A stretch of 64,000 bases of DNA from assembly GCA_963716985.1 (NCBI GenBank), contig OY970323.1, positions 544,001 through 608,000 of the forward strand, written 5' to 3'. The translations under genes and the position numbers were made by a program. Source of the DNA: an uncultured bacterium. GTDB lineage: Bacteria > Chlamydiota > Chlamydiia > Chlamydiales > SM23-39. Positions 7,999-17,656 of the stretch are shown here, one piece after another (position 1 is the stretch's first letter; the number at the start of each line of letters is the position of its first letter). The notes beneath the pieces are model-generated. The model was not told where the DNA came from. It was given only the letters and a program-made list of their open reading frames with translations, and did no database searches.

Positions 7999-10323
7999 AT
8001 GATGCAGTTTTTGCGCAAATACCAACGCTATATCTTCATAGTCATTACCGCATTCATTGTGATTTCATTTTCCTTTTTTGGGACCTTTAGTTTGCAGTGG
8101 GGTTCGCAAAAGAAGAAAGAGATTAAGGTTGCAGAGCGTTTGGACGGCTCCGAATTGACCTACTCTTCCGTGGAAAAGATGTCGCGATTTCTCTCATCGG
8201 ACAGCGAAAGTTTGCGCAATACCAGAGAGCGCTTCATGCCCAACCTTTTCAATGACGGCGTGATTGAAAAAGATTTTTTGGAAAGCAAAATCATCTCCCA
8301 TCTCGTTGCCCATTATTTCGAAGATCTAAAACCCCACTTGCAGCTCATGTTGGACCGCGTGCAGCACTATATTCCCTACAAACATCCGGAAACAGACGCG
8401 CTCAGTTCCATGATGGTTTGGAATCAGCTCGCCCCTTCGATTAGCCAAGGATTGCTTGATCTCCGCAAGGAGAAAGAGGTCTCTCTTGCCTTTTTTTCCC
8501 GCCTCTTTGATCTCTATCTTGCGGAAAAAAGCTTTCCGCCCGAAGCCTTGCAAAGAGTTCTCATCTATCAGCAAAATCAAAATCCCTCTCTTCCTGTAGA
8601 CATGCGGCTTGTGCAGGAGGATTTTTCTCTCTTTTCGCTGCATACGATCTCCGATTGGTTCGGCCAAAATTTTATTGACATGATCAGCCAGTTCATCCTC
8701 AACGCGGCATCGGTTGCAAAAGAAAAGGGGTATCAGGTAAGCGAAAGGGAAGCTATTTTTGAGCTCAAAGAGAACTTAAAAAAAGGTCTCAAAAAATGGG
8801 GCCTTGAGATGAAAGAGGGAGATTTCCGTCAACACCTGCAAATGCTCGGAATGAGTGAGGAAGACACGATAGAAACCTATCGGCAGATCCTGCTTTTTAG
8901 AAGATATTTTCACGATATGGGCGGCCATGTTTTTCTCGATGCTCAACCCTATAAAGAGATCGCGGCTTTTGCTGCAGAGTCGGCCCTTGTGCAATTGTTT
9001 GATCTGCCTCCTTACTTACAGCTGAAAAACTTTCATGATTTGATGCTTTTGGAGGTCTATCTTCAAGCAGTCTATCCCCACAACAAGAATCCCTTGGAGC
9101 TGCGCGGCGATGGCGATCCGATCGAATCGGTAGAGAAAAGGGCTCCCGACCTTGTGGGCAAGAACTATCAGATCCGTCTGAGAGAAACAACCAAAGAGCG
9201 CGTCCTTTTGCGCATTGGAGAAAGAGAGCTTTGGGAGTGGGAGATGAAGGAGCCTTTTTTTAAGGAGCTCAAAGAAAAATTTCCTTTTCTTGCCCATGTT
9301 CAAGCAGCAACTGCGCAAAAGCGGTTTGAAGCGTTAGAAAATCTCACCTGGGAAAAAAGAGAAGAGGTGGATCGCTTTGCCCGCGATCGAATTTTAGAGG
9401 GCCATCCTACCTGGATTCAAGAATCTCTCATCGCCTCTTCACAAAAAGAGATGCACCTGGACCTTCGCCTCGGAAAGAGCCAAATTGTTTTAAAAGGGGT
9501 ACAAAGCCCGGAAAAACTTTTTCCCATTCTTGAAAAAGCACCCCTCCTTTCCCAAGAGAGCCTTACGAGCGAGGAGAAAAAAGCAATCGAAGCGCTCAAA
9601 TTTTTTACTCAAGATAAGGAGCATTACTATTCCATCGAACTCGTGGGCCGCGACAAAGAAAAACACATCCTTTTATTTGGAGAGGCTCTGAAGGATGGGA
9701 CACTAGAGCATATGCTCGATTCCTTTTTAGAAAAGCATTATGATGAGGCCAAGGGCAGGAGGCCCGATCTTTTTGGCTTGCAAAAGCCTTTTGATGAAGT
9801 CAAAGACCAGATCGGCAAGATTGTCTTCGTAGATCTTTTGAAATCCATCGATCAGGATTATAGCAAGCAGATCGGAAAAATCACCTGGGAAGAGGGCAAT
9901 GGCTCCTTGGATTTTTATGCAAAACATCGACTTTTCTGCCATGTGCGAAAACTTCGCGAGAAGATCATGAATCAAAAAGATCCCTCGCTCTTTCTTCAAA
10001 AAAATGAAAATTCTCTGGCAGATCAATGGAAGATGAAAGAAAAAACGCTCGACGTAGATCGAACCTTTGATCCCTCCTGGGTGAGCAGTCAACTCTTCAA
10101 AAAGAAGAAGGTGGACTGGTCCTCCGTTCATGTCGAATCTTCGGGAAGTATCGCCTTCTTTCACGTTCTGGAATGGAAGCAAAAGCCGGCCGCTTTTGAA
10201 GAAGATCTTCTCTTGAATCAAAAAAAGCTCTCTTTTGAGGCGCAAGGTTATTTGACGAAGAAGCTACTCAAGAGAATGCAGGAAAAGAGAGCCATTGTCT
10301 TGCCGATTAGGAAAGAAGATTAA
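7999..10323 (+). CDS. Conserved chlamydial membrane-anchored protein (SurA/PpiD-like N-terminus)
   Basis: 774 aa; FLRKYQR followed by an N-terminal TM; lies between lplA and gcvH as in chlamydial genomes. Confidence 0.75.
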   Translation: MMQFLRKYQRYIFIVITAFIVISFSFFGTFSLQWGSQKKKEIKVAERLDGSELTYSSVEKMSRFLSSDSESLRNTRERFMPNLFNDGVIEKDFLESKIISHLVAHYFEDLKPHLQLMLDRVQHYIPYKHPETDALSSMMVWNQLAPSISQGLLDLRKEKEVSLAFFSRLFDLYLAEKSFPPEALQRVLIYQQNQNPSLPVDMRLVQEDFSLFSLHTISDWFGQNFIDMISQFILNAASVAKEKGYQVSEREAIFELKENLKKGLKKWGLEMKEGDFRQHLQMLGMSEEDTIETYRQILLFRRYFHDMGGHVFLDAQPYKEIAAFAAESALVQLFDLPPYLQLKNFHDLMLLEVYLQAVYPHNKNPLELRGDGDPIESVEKRAPDLVGKNYQIRLRETTKERVLLRIGERELWEWEMKEPFFKELKEKFPFLAHVQAATAQKRFEALENLTWEKREEVDRFARDRILEGHPTWIQESLIASSQKEMHLDLRLGKSQIVLKGVQSPEKLFPILEKAPLLSQESLTSEEKKAIEALKFFTQDKEHYYSIELVGRDKEKHILLFGEALKDGTLEHMLDSFLEKHYDEAKGRRPDLFGLQKPFDEVKDQIGKIVFVDLLKSIDQDYSKQIGKITWEEGNGSLDFYAKHRLFCHVRKLREKIMNQKDPSLFLQKNENSLADQWKMKEKTLDVDRTFDPSWVSSQLFKKKKVDWSSVHVESSGSIAFFHVLEWKQKPAAFEEDLLLNQKKLSFEAQGYLTKKLLKRMQEKRAIVLPIRKED

Positions 10324-10324
10324 G

Positions 10325-10957
10325 ATGCTGGAAGATTTACCCCTTCTTTCGTTTTTTCCTTTCTTTTCCATCTGCATTGAGTGTTTGCATTTAGGAAATA
10401 AAGAGAAATGGACACAGGATCATCTCATTCCTTCCACTTCTCCATATCTCGATGAGAAGCCCTTTGCCGATCTCTATTTTGGCTGGCGAGAAAATGCTCT
10501 TTTGTTTCGTCTCGATAGCAAGAAGCCCTTTGAGCATGTAGAAAGAGCCGATTACAAGAATGGGGATGCCCTTGAGATTTTTATCGATACGCGCGATCTC
10601 AAAACAAGAGGTAGTTCGGCTTTTTGCCACCAATTTCTCTTTTTTCCCGAAAAAGTGGGGGGGTATTGGGCCAAGGAGATCACCCAGTTTCGCTCCTCTG
10701 AGATCCATCCTCTATGCGATCCTCGAGAATTGGGAGTAGAGAGCCGCTTGTCATCTTCTACCTTTTCTTTAGAGATCGAGATTCCTGTCTCTTGTCTTTA
10801 TGGATTCGATCCTTCTCGTTTTGATCGATTCGGCTTTGCCTATCGGCTCCACCGCCCCGCGGACAATCCCCAGAATTTTTGTCTCTCTTCCTTCGAGTTT
10901 TCTCTGGAAAGACAACCCTCTTTCTGGTCTAGTGTAAAAATGATCAAAGAAAAATGA
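10325..10957 (+). CDS. Hypothetical protein, possible DOMON/CBM9-like beta-sandwich
   Basis: GDALEIFIDTR and LEIEIP motifs; tightly coupled to both neighbours. Confidence 0.6.
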   Translation: MLEDLPLLSFFPFFSICIECLHLGNKEKWTQDHLIPSTSPYLDEKPFADLYFGWRENALLFRLDSKKPFEHVERADYKNGDALEIFIDTRDLKTRGSSAFCHQFLFFPEKVGGYWAKEITQFRSSEIHPLCDPRELGVESRLSSSTFSLEIEIPVSCLYGFDPSRFDRFGFAYRLHRPADNPQNFCLSSFEFSLERQPSFWSSVKMIKEK

Positions 10958-11328
10958 AGGTACGCATGAAATTTTCCAAATCACATGCTTGGGTAGAGCT
11001 CAAAGGCACTATTGCAACCGTTGGTATTTCTCAAGAGGCGCTAGAGCTTTTGGGAGAGATTGTTTTTGTGGATCTGCCAACGATTGGCAAAGAGATCAAG
11101 ATCGACGAGCCCTCCGTTCTTTTAGAAGCCTCCAAAGCAGCTTCGGATTTCTACTCTCCGCTTTCCGGGAAAATCGTAGCAGTGAATGAATATCTGAAAA
11201 ACAATCCCGCTCTTTTGAACGAGAGTCCGGAAAAAAAAGGATGGCTCTACCGGATGGATATTTCGAAGAAAGAAGAAATCGACCATCTCCTCGATGAGAA
11301 GGAGTATCGCATCTTCGCCGGAGGCTAA
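10954..11328 (+). CDS. gcvH: Glycine cleavage system H protein (lipoyl carrier)
   Basis: SHAWV, GEIVFVDLP, EASKAASDFYSPLSG (lipoyl-Lys), GWLY. Confidence 0.93.
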   Translation: MKVRMKFSKSHAWVELKGTIATVGISQEALELLGEIVFVDLPTIGKEIKIDEPSVLLEASKAASDFYSPLSGKIVAVNEYLKNNPALLNESPEKKGWLYRMDISKKEEIDHLLDEKEYRIFAGG

Positions 11329-11329
11329 A

Positions 11330-11572
11330 ATGAAAAAGAAAATTACCTGCAAAACGGGTCTGAAAGAAGAGATCATCAACAAAGAAGTGTTTGATCGAGA
11401 AGTCGCTCTATGTCACATGCTTTCTCGGGAAAACAATGGAACGTGCGGCTGGGGTGTCTGCGCTCATTGCGGCGTCATTCCTCTTTTGGTTAAATTGCAC
11501 AAAGGAGAGTTGTTAGAAAAGCCGAATGAAATAAGTAAAATCAAACACGAGTTTCTCAATCTTGCAAAATGA
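11330..11572 (+). CDS. Small Cys-rich hypothetical protein
   Basis: 80 aa, GGAGG RBS, CxWGxCxxCG motif. Confidence 0.6.
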   Translation: MKKKITCKTGLKEEIINKEVFDREVALCHMLSRENNGTCGWGVCAHCGVIPLLVKLHKGELLEKPNEISKIKHEFLNLAK

Positions 11573-12111
11573 TGCTGGGAATAAATTTTCGAGAAGTACA
11601 AAGGGTTTTTCACGTTTGTCTGCAAAAGCTGTCATCCGTTTTTTTTCCGCCCATCTGCCTTCATTGCGATAGAGAAATGCCGCACAATCAATCGCTTTTT
11701 TGCGAAGGGTGCGCGCAGCTTTTGACCCTTTGCGATTTGGCAAAAGATGCACGGTGCGGCTGTTTATTTGAACAATTAGGGCCGGCGCTTACTCTCTATT
11801 CCTGTTTTGCCAGAGGATCCCAAGTGCTCTTTTCCAAAACGCTTGCCTCCTACATGGTGGTCCAGATGGATCGTATGGGCTGGCCGGAGTTTGATGCGAT
11901 TCTAAAACCCTCTAGAAAAGAGCCGAAGGCCATGAGAGATCTTGCACGCGAGCTTGCTCTCCTTCTTCAAAAAAAAATCAGCTCTTCTTCCGAAAAAAAG
12001 GGCGTCTATTTGGTGATTGCTGCAACAATCGATGAAGAGACGTTAAGACAAAAAGAGGCAATTTTCCAAGGATCCAAGATTTATGGGATGGGAATTTTTC
12101 GAAAATTTTAA
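11569..12111 (+). CDS. ComF-like double zinc ribbon protein with degenerate PRTase half
   Basis: FFPPICLHC...FCEGC; the VDDV-TTG loop is absent. Confidence 0.6.
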   Translation: MMLGINFREVQRVFHVCLQKLSSVFFPPICLHCDREMPHNQSLFCEGCAQLLTLCDLAKDARCGCLFEQLGPALTLYSCFARGSQVLFSKTLASYMVVQMDRMGWPEFDAILKPSRKEPKAMRDLARELALLLQKKISSSSEKKGVYLVIAATIDEETLRQKEAIFQGSKIYGMGIFRKF

Positions 12112-13433
12112 GATGCGATATTCCGTTTTGCCAGTTCTACCTGTCGTTTGAGCGAATGGTTTTTTTCGATCTCTTGAGAAATTTTCTTCCAGGCATGCAA
12201 GAGCGTCGAGTGGGTTTTTCCTCCAAAGGAAGAGGCAATTTTCATGAGAGAGTCGTCCATGAGTTCTTTGGCCAGATACATCGCCACCTGTCTTGGAAGC
12301 GCAATTTCTTTCAGCCGAGACTCTCCTTTCAGATCGCTCACTCGCGCTTCAAAAACCGTAGCAACGCTTTTTAATATGCTCTCGACGGTGATCTTGTTTT
12401 GAGGGGGGCGATAATCGGAGATCTCTTTTAAAAAGTTTTCTGCAATTTTTTCCGTCATCTCCAGATGCATCAGACGGCAATAAGCAGAGAGGCGGTTGAT
12501 CACTCCTTCCATTTGCCGTACGTTGGTATAGGCGCGGTCGGCAATGAAGAAGGCGACATTCTGGGGGATCGCGATCCCTTTTGATTCGGCTTTTTGCTGG
12601 ATAATGGCCACTCGGGTTTCAAGTTCGGGAATTCCGATATGCGCCACAAGCCCCCATTCCATACGGGCGATCATTCTCTCGGAGAGCTTGAGCTGGGAGG
12701 GCGGTTTATCAGAGGTGATGACGATTTGCTTATTTTGATTGATCAGGCTTTCGAATGTGTTGCAAAATTCCTCTTCGAAATTGAGGCGATTTTGCAGAAA
12801 TTGGATATCGTCGACGAGAAGAACGTCGAGGTTGCGGTAAAATCGCTTCATCTTATCGCTCGATTTATTGCGCAAGCTGTCGACCAGGTCATTAATAAAA
12901 GATTCCGTTGTGATGCATTGGACGGTGAGTTTTTTTAACGTCTTTTGCACCTCGTGGCCGATTCCATGCAACAGATGGGTTTTGCCAAGGCCAACGCCTC
13001 CGTGAATGAAGAGGGGATTGAAAGACTTTCCGGGCTTTGCCGCAACCCCAAGAGCCGCTGATTTGACAAACTGGTTGGAGGGGCCCTCCACAAAGCTTTC
13101 AAAGGTATAGTTCGGATTGAGGTTGCCGCTCTGAGCTTTGGGAAGAGGGGGAAGCGGGGGAGCGATTGTGATCTTTTTTTCCGTAGGCGAGATGATAAAT
13201 TCGATTGCAGGCTCTTTTGACGCTGTGGGAAAAAGAGCGAAGAGATCTTCCTTATAATTGTCTAAAAGATACTCCTTGACGAAGATGTTTGGCACCTCAA
13301 GGGTAATGGATTTTTCAGATGCGGACACAAAGCGGATAGGAGAGAGCCAGTTTTGATACTCTGCGAGGGAGCATTTCTTTTGCACGAGCTCTAAAAACTG
13401 CACCCAAAGATCCTGAAGGTTTGTCGTGAGCAT
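12108..13433 (-). CDS. dnaA: Chromosomal replication initiator DnaA
   Basis: [43 protein letters not shown]. Confidence 0.97.
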   Translation of the reverse strand: MLTTNLQDLWVQFLELVQKKCSLAEYQNWLSPIRFVSASEKSITLEVPNIFVKEYLLDNYKEDLFALFPTASKEPAIEFIISPTEKKITIAPPLPPLPKAQSGNLNPNYTFESFVEGPSNQFVKSAALGVAAKPGKSFNPLFIHGGVGLGKTHLLHGIGHEVQKTLKKLTVQCITTESFINDLVDSLRNKSSDKMKRFYRNLDVLLVDDIQFLQNRLNFEEEFCNTFESLINQNKQIVITSDKPPSQLKLSERMIARMEWGLVAHIGIPELETRVAIIQQKAESKGIAIPQNVAFFIADRAYTNVRQMEGVINRLSAYCRLMHLEMTEKIAENFLKEISDYRPPQNKITVESILKSVATVFEARVSDLKGESRLKEIALPRQVAMYLAKELMDDSLMKIASSFGGKTHSTLLHAWKKISQEIEKNHSLKRQVELAKRNIAS

Positions 13434-13646
13434 TTTGAAAGTTTTTCTTCTTTTTTGGAGGCCTTTACAAGATCAGACTCTAACAGCTCACTTCTTAGGG
13501 CGCAAGCGAAAATTCGAGAGAAAATGTGCATCGAATTTAACCAAAAAGATCTTAGGTTTTTAAGAAAAAAAAGAAACCTTTCATGAGCTGAAAATGAAAT
13601 TTCACAAGTGGATTGTCTGCTTGGAATCGATGAGAATTTTTGTGAT

Positions 13647-13973
13647 CTAGCGTTTTTGAAGTTTCGAAAATACCGAAGACCAGAAATCTTCACAAAAATC
13701 CCAAGGAACCAAAACAGGAAAAAGAGCAACGTCGGAAAGAAGAATGGGTCCAATAATTACAGCAATGATATCGCTTGAAAATCCAAGATGTGAAAAAATG
13801 GCCGCAAGAATAAAAAAAACAGCATTTGCAATCACCAAAATATTCCCGATCATGTAGGGATTTAAAGGCTTTGATTTGTTCTCCCTTGAAAATAAGGCAA
13901 AAAGATTTGATCCCGGAGCAATGGAAAGGGTTGTAGCTTTGATCATTTTTTTTCCTCCTGATTGCATACCCAC
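13647..13973 (-). CDS. Small hydrophobic hypothetical protein (Inc-like)
   Basis: Bilobed hydrophobic segment of ~45 aa; not part of the core gene order. Confidence 0.45.
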   Translation of the reverse strand: MGMQSGGKKMIKATTLSIAPGSNLFALFSRENKSKPLNPYMIGNILVIANAVFFILAAIFSHLGFSSDIIAVIIGPILLSDVALFPVLVPWDFCEDFWSSVFSKLQKR

Positions 13974-14467
13974 TTAACGCCAGTTACTGCAAAGTAAAAC
14001 AGGCCGACAAAACTCGCATAATATACAGCCGAAGCCGCGTAGCAGGTTGCTTGATAAAAAAGATTGTTTGGGGTGGCGAACCATTTATTGCATTCCCTAT
14101 ATGAGGCGAAGGCAAAGGAGCCAAAAGTAAGTATGCTGAATAAACCTACTGCTATACAGTTGATGAGATCCGCGCTCATTCTCGAGGCAGTATCAATTTT
14201 TTTGGAACCTGCATCCATCATAATTTTGATGACCACAAGGCCGCAACCTAAAGTTGTTCCTACTAAAAAACCCATGGGACCGCCCAGGCAAACACCCCCG
14301 AGCGCACCTCCGGCAATTCCACTAAGTGAAACTTTTGTTCCCGGTGAAAAATAACTTGTATCTGTTTTCATCCTATTGACAGCGCGGAAGCCTACTTCTT
14401 TAGGGGTGGGAGGAAGCGCCGCTCCTTTATTAACTGTTAAAGAAAGGGGTCCTGCGACCCCTGTCAA
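13943..14467 (-). CDS. Membrane protein with glycine zipper (Inc-like)
   Basis: GIAGGALGGVCLGGPMGFLVG plus two further hydrophobic helices. Confidence 0.55.
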   Translation of the reverse strand: MTGVAGPLSLTVNKGAALPPTPKEVGFRAVNRMKTDTSYFSPGTKVSLSGIAGGALGGVCLGGPMGFLVGTTLGCGLVVIKIMMDAGSKKIDTASRMSADLINCIAVGLFSILTFGSFAFASYRECNKWFATPNNLFYQATCYAASAVYYASFVGLFYFAVTGVKWVCNQEEKK

Positions 14468-14712
14468 TCCACGTAATCTACTTAAGGGAATTACGTGATT
14501 TGAGTTTATGCAAAAGAAAAGTTTTTCTCAAGAATGATTGGGAGTTTGTAGCAGCTCCCTCTCTAAATGAGAAATTTGAAGCACGGCTGCTCTCGTTCGC
14601 GATTCGAAAAAAGATAGCGAACGTTTGCGAAAATTTTTGCTTGCCTTTGTCTATGAAAAAAACCTTCGGCGGGAGCTCCTGGGGGGGGTGGGGACTCAGA
14701 TTGGAAGCTCTG

Positions 14713-15108
14713 TTATGAATGGCTTTGGATCAAAGCTTCTGCTTGCTGCGCGATTCTTACATTGGGGCAGCGCTCCAGCACTTTGGCCTGCAGAAGTCCC
14801 TGCTTCTTATAACCGATCGAAAAGAGGGCTTTGGACCGATTGAGAATCGTCGGATAATGATTGGGATCGATCTTCAGCGCGCGATCGAGATATTCCAGAG
14901 ATTCAAGCCCTTTTCCCATCTGCAGATAAATCGCTCCGAGCATTTGCAAGTCGTAGGTTCCTTTGGGATTGAGCAAAACCAGCATTTTGAAAAAATCAAG
15001 AGCAATGTCGAATTTTCCTTGTTGTGCGTAGGCAGCGCCCACAAATCGGACATTATTGACGGTGTCAGCGTCCCATCCGAGAAGATCTGCCCAATTCTGT
15101 TTTGCCAT
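14713..15108 (-). CDS. TPR protein (chlamydial CT274-like, T3SS chaperone-like)
   Basis: Three TPR-like helical pairs; position between dnaA and the dcw cluster. Confidence 0.8.
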   Translation of the reverse strand: MAKQNWADLLGWDADTVNNVRFVGAAYAQQGKFDIALDFFKMLVLLNPKGTYDLQMLGAIYLQMGKGLESLEYLDRALKIDPNHYPTILNRSKALFSIGYKKQGLLQAKVLERCPNVRIAQQAEALIQSHS

Positions 15109-15113
15109 AGAAA

Positions 15114-15539
15114 TTATCCTGCAAGGAACTGCCGTCGTCCATGATTGCTCAGGCGCAGGAGTTCTTCAATTTTTTTGGTTCTTTCAATAAAAGAGCTAAC
15201 GATTCGACTTTCGTTATCTTCGGGCTTTGGAAGGGTGGTAATGGTTTGTTTGAGTTGTTCGACGTCGAGTCCCGGAATGAGTTGATCGCCGAAGACGAAT
15301 TTAGAAGGAACGGCAATTGAAGGGGGAAAATCGGCCCACGTGCTTTTCTCCTTTTCTCCTAAGAATTCCGGGCGAACAAAGGAAGGATGGAGTGTAAGGC
15401 TCTCTGTTCTATGGGGAATCTCCATGGAGTCTTTAATAAAGGAAGAATCATAGCGCTCTGCATTCTCTGCGTAAGCTCTTGACACCTCTATACCCATATC
15501 TGCAACGGTTTTGGGAGCTACCTTTTCGAAATCTGCCAT
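15114..15539 (-). CDS. Conserved chlamydial hypothetical protein (CT273-like)
   Basis: WADF-P and QLIP motifs; directly upstream of the TPR gene. Confidence 0.65.
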   Translation of the reverse strand: MADFEKVAPKTVADMGIEVSRAYAENAERYDSSFIKDSMEIPHRTESLTLHPSFVRPEFLGEKEKSTWADFPPSIAVPSKFVFGDQLIPGLDVEQLKQTITTLPKPEDNESRIVSSFIERTKKIEELLRLSNHGRRQFLAG

Positions 15540-15740
15540 GAAAATACCTTTTTCGATCATTGTAGCAGGTGGATCTTTTTTTCAAAGCTCCCTCTTTTCC
15601 CACAATTGCGGCGCTGCCGCAGATATGAACAGCTTTTGGCAAGGAGTTGGCAGACTCGCGTATTTCTTTATTAAGTTGCTGATAGAAAATGAGATAAGTA
15701 TGGGTAATGAGCCTATTTTTTTACGGGATTTGGGAGGCAG

Positions 15741-15781
15741 TTTTCAACAAGTTTTCCACAATTTCCCACCGGTTGTTCATA
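15741..15781 (+). promoter_or_regulatory. Helically phased DnaA-box-like cluster
   Basis: TTTTCAACA, TTTTCCACA (consensus match), TTTCCCACC and TTGTTCATA at 10-11 bp spacing. Confidence 0.5.
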
Positions 15782-15868
15782 AAATTTTATTTCCATTTTA
15801 AGCCTTTTGCCTTCAGCGTCTTGATCAACGAAATGCGGGGTGCGATAAAAAGAGTTTTTTGAAAATTA

Positions 15869-15924
15869 TTGCCAACTTTTTTCTTTGAGTGCTAGTATGT
15901 GGAAAACGGTGGGAATCCCTGTGG
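15869..15924 (+). promoter_or_regulatory. Sigma66-type dcw promoter with GTGG MraZ-box repeats
   Basis: TTGCCA-N18-TAGTAT with an extended TG; GTGG at 15899, 15909 and 15921. Confidence 0.55.
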
Positions 15925-16421
15925 AAGAGTTTCAAGGCGCTCCATTTTTTAGCGGTGCTGTAGATGCCAAGCTCGATAGTAAAAATCGCTTGGTCCTTCC
16001 CCATTTTATGCGCTATGGCCTTGTAGAAGAGGGGAGGCTCGAGTGCACAATTGGCTTAAGTTTGGGCGGCTGTCTTGCCATTTACCGACGATCGGACATA
16101 TTGAAGATTGCCAAAAAGTTCCAGGAGAACCTCTATGTTGCAAAATACCAAAAGTTCTTCACCCTTTTCTTTTCCACTCTGCACCACACAACTTGCGATA
16201 AAATCGGACGCATTTCTATTCCTTTTCGTTTGAAAAATGCAGTGCAAATGGAAAAGGAGATTGTCATCGCCGGCGTTTTGAACAAAATCGAGATCTGGCC
16301 GAAAATGATCTATGAAAAGCATCTGAAGGATTTGTTAGAGGGGAAAGATCCCGAGTTGGATTTTGCGAAAATGACCGAAGAGGCCTTTGCTCTATTAAGA
16401 GAGGAAAAGCAGATACCGTAA
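15921..16421 (+). CDS. mraZ: Transcriptional regulator MraZ
   Basis: LDSKNRLVLP, CDKIGRISIP and IEIW motifs; first gene of the dcw cluster. Start uncertain (GTG 15921 chosen; the ORF opens at 15885). Confidence 0.92.
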   Translation: MEEFQGAPFFSGAVDAKLDSKNRLVLPHFMRYGLVEEGRLECTIGLSLGGCLAIYRRSDILKIAKKFQENLYVAKYQKFFTLFFSTLHHTTCDKIGRISIPFRLKNAVQMEKEIVIAGVLNKIEIWPKMIYEKHLKDLLEGKDPELDFAKMTEEAFALLREEKQIP

Positions 16422-16422
16422 C

Positions 16423-17304
16423 ATGCACGAACCGGTTTTACTAGAGGAGATCGAAGAGATTTTTTCCCACGTTGCAATCAAGGTTTTCTTTGATGGAACC
16501 GTGGGAGCCGGAGGCCATGCCAAGAGAGTGTTAGAAAAACACGGGGAAATAGAGCTTTATATAGGGTGTGATCGCGACCCGACGGCTTTAGAGATCGCAG
16601 CGAAGGAGTTGGCCCCTTGGGGAAAAAAATTGCGATTTGTTCGGGGCAGTTTTTCTGAAGTGGAAAACTTTCTTGCAAAAGAAAAAATAGGATGTATAGA
16701 CGGCGCTCTTTTGGATTTGGGCGTCTCTTCCATGCAGCTCGATACGCCCGAGAGGGGCTTTAGCTTCCAAAGAAGCGGAAGGCTCGACATGAGGATGGAT
16801 CCGGACATCGAGCTTACTGCAGAGGAGATCGTCAATCGATATTCTGAAAAGGAGCTGAGCCGCATCTTCCGTGATTTTGGGGAAGAGCCTCAATGGAGAA
16901 AAGCGGTGAAGGGCATCATCGAAGCGAGGCGCAGGAAGCCCATCCATACAACAAAGGAGCTTTCCGAGCTTCTCGAAAAGGTAGTGAGAAGAAGGGGAAA
17001 GATCCATCCGGCCACTCGAGTCTTTCAGGCCCTGCGCATGGAAGTGAATCAAGAGTTGGCCTTGCTGCAGATAGGGCTTGAGGAAATTTCCCGCCGTCTC
17101 TGTCCGAAAGGGAGAATGGGAGTGATTAGTTTTCATAGTTTAGAGGACCGCATCGTGAAGTTCACTTTTAGAGATCTTGTGAAAGAACATACTCACTTTC
17201 AACTCGTGATGAAAAAACCTAAGAGCGCCTCTAGAGAAGAGGTGAGAAAAAATCCTCGTTCGCGAAGTGCAAAATTAAGAGCTATAGAAAGGGTCGCTGT
17301 ATGA
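16423..17304 (+). CDS. rsmH: 16S rRNA m4C1402 methyltransferase
   Basis: HEPVL, DGTVGAGGH, DLGVSSMQLD, SFHSLEDR, NPRSRSAKLR. Confidence 0.97.
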   Translation: MHEPVLLEEIEEIFSHVAIKVFFDGTVGAGGHAKRVLEKHGEIELYIGCDRDPTALEIAAKELAPWGKKLRFVRGSFSEVENFLAKEKIGCIDGALLDLGVSSMQLDTPERGFSFQRSGRLDMRMDPDIELTAEEIVNRYSEKELSRIFRDFGEEPQWRKAVKGIIEARRRKPIHTTKELSELLEKVVRRRGKIHPATRVFQALRMEVNQELALLQIGLEEISRRLCPKGRMGVISFHSLEDRIVKFTFRDLVKEHTHFQLVMKKPKSASREEVRKNPRSRSAKLRAIERVAV

Positions 17305-17654
17305 ATAGGGCACTGCTCGTGCGTTTTGTTGTTTGTCTTTTTTTCTTCTGCTTGTGTCTTTATTTTTACCTGGATCGGCAAAATCGATTGACTAGATTGA
17401 AGATCGAGCTTCCTCAGCTCATTAAAGAGGTCGAGGCGATCCAAAATGAAAACCAACGTCTTCGCTATGAGATCGATCGGTTTGAAAATCCTTCCCATCT
17501 TCTTGAGCTTGCTCAAAAAGCAGAGTTTTCTCATTTAAAACATCCTCACATTGGTGATATTCTAACCGTTGCAGAAGGGATGGCGCTTCAAGATCAGAAA
17601 AATGATCCAGAGCCTTCTTCTTATTCCATTTCTGTGACTGTTGGAGCGAAATAA
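17301..17654 (+). CDS. ftsL: Cell division protein FtsL-like
   Basis: TM plus leucine-zipper coiled coil between rsmH and ftsI. Confidence 0.75.
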   Translation: MNRALLVRFVVCLFFFCLCLYFYLDRQNRLTRLKIELPQLIKEVEAIQNENQRLRYEIDRFENPSHLLELAQKAEFSHLKHPHIGDILTVAEGMALQDQKNDPEPSSYSISVTVGAK

Positions 17655-17656
17655 AA

